Part shown: piece after piece, positions 62,242 through 63,122 of the stretch
How positions within the stretch are numbered: position 1 is the first letter of the stretch
Layout of the letters: each line of letters starts with the position of its first letter
Assembly: GCF_001194135.2 (NCBI RefSeq)
Contig: NC_068981.1
Location: 97,842,139-97,905,260, forward strand
Length of the DNA stretch: 63,122 bases
Source of the DNA: Octopus bimaculoides
Taxonomy: Eukaryota
Direction of reading: 5' to 3'
Notes under the pieces: generated by a model
Seen by the model: only the letters and a program-made list of their open reading frames with translations
Database searches by the model: none
What the model was told of the DNA's origin: nothing
Translations under genes and position numbers: made by a program

Positions 62242-63122
62242 GTAAGTATGGTTTTCGCATCAGGTTCCATCATAGCACATGTGAATAATTATAATCTAAG
62301 GCTGTTGTTCTTAACCTACGTGACATTAACATCCCCTTGAGGGAGGACCTCACAGGGAGATGACAGGTATCAAGTGGATGCTAAGGTGCAGTAGGGAGGC
62401 ACTGGGTGTTTAGAGGGCTTGAGATTTTTCTTAAAGATACAATATTTAACCCTTTAGCTTTCAAATTTCTCTGTCAAATGTAATGCTTATTTATACATAT
62501 TGTTGACATGATTGTTTATGATTAGAATAATATTGTAGGCTAAGTGTGAGAGGCCAGATCTTGCCAGCTTGAAGATAAAGCAGGTAAATTATTTTTGCTG
62601 GATATGGTGGTTTAAATGCTACCTGATACACTACTTTTCTACATTTGTTTCTAAACAAAGTAATATTCCCCCATGGACAGACATGCTTTTCATGGAAGAC
62701 AGGAAACAAACAACTTTACTTGTATGACAGTAATGCTCTTTACAACCATCACATGATTTCTAAACAAGGGTACATACATGTTCATGCACACACACACACA
62801 AACACATGACAGGCTTTTTCCAGTTTCCACCTACCAAATCCACTTATGTGTGTATGTACATATATATATATAATATGTTACAAAAACAAAATAGAAACTA
62901 TATGTGGAAATGTAAGGGAAAAGTAAGAAGAAAAATAAGTGAAAATGCACATTGGAAATCAAAAAAAGTAAAGGTTTTCTATGAAAAGTAGATGAACTGA
63001 GGTAGGAATAAAGTATATATCTATCGTTACTTTTCATAAAAAGCTTTTATTTTTTTTGATTTTCAATGTGCATATGCGCTTATTTTTCTTCTTACTTTCT
63101 CCTTATATATATATATATATAT

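Overview
Eukaryotic, AT-rich, gapped draft-assembly window. The repeat families and microsatellite density strongly resemble a coleoid cephalopod (octopus-type) genome; this is inferred from recognition, not a database result. The only gene I can identify firmly is the mitochondrial Era GTPase ERAL1, on the + strand. Three short coding exons (13306-13383, 35892-35938, 62180-62241) splice in frame to MSSVSSKVHTTRKNTLGVLTENSNQI-VFVDTPGLVTSKSFS-K-HNIDRNMITDPENCIQAVNM, across introns of about 22.5 kb and 26.2 kb. None of these exons is in the supplied ORF track, whose ORFs are almost all microsatellite or N-gap artefacts. The rest is intronic: at least five SINE or SINE-like families (labelled A-E here; labels are mine), MITEs (hAT, piggyBac, Tc1/mariner, fold-back), and decayed transposon coding remnants (piggyBac, mariner, RTE, R4/Dong, Penelope-like). 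There are also microsatellites and 11 N-gaps (1179-1238, 7869-8178, 9389-9998, 11392-12386, 13504-13617, 19206-19710, 21670-21887, 53511-54342, 58622-58631, 59608-59617, 59940-60906). The most unusual object is a very AT-rich 1.4-kb block at 43103-44523, built from an 831-bp permuted tandem unit plus an inverted copy, with transition-dominated divergence. Other leads are hammerhead-like motifs, an (ATT)n insertion hub, modular SINEs that nest in their own microsatellite, and possible antisense nested exons. All alignments and identities were done by eye.
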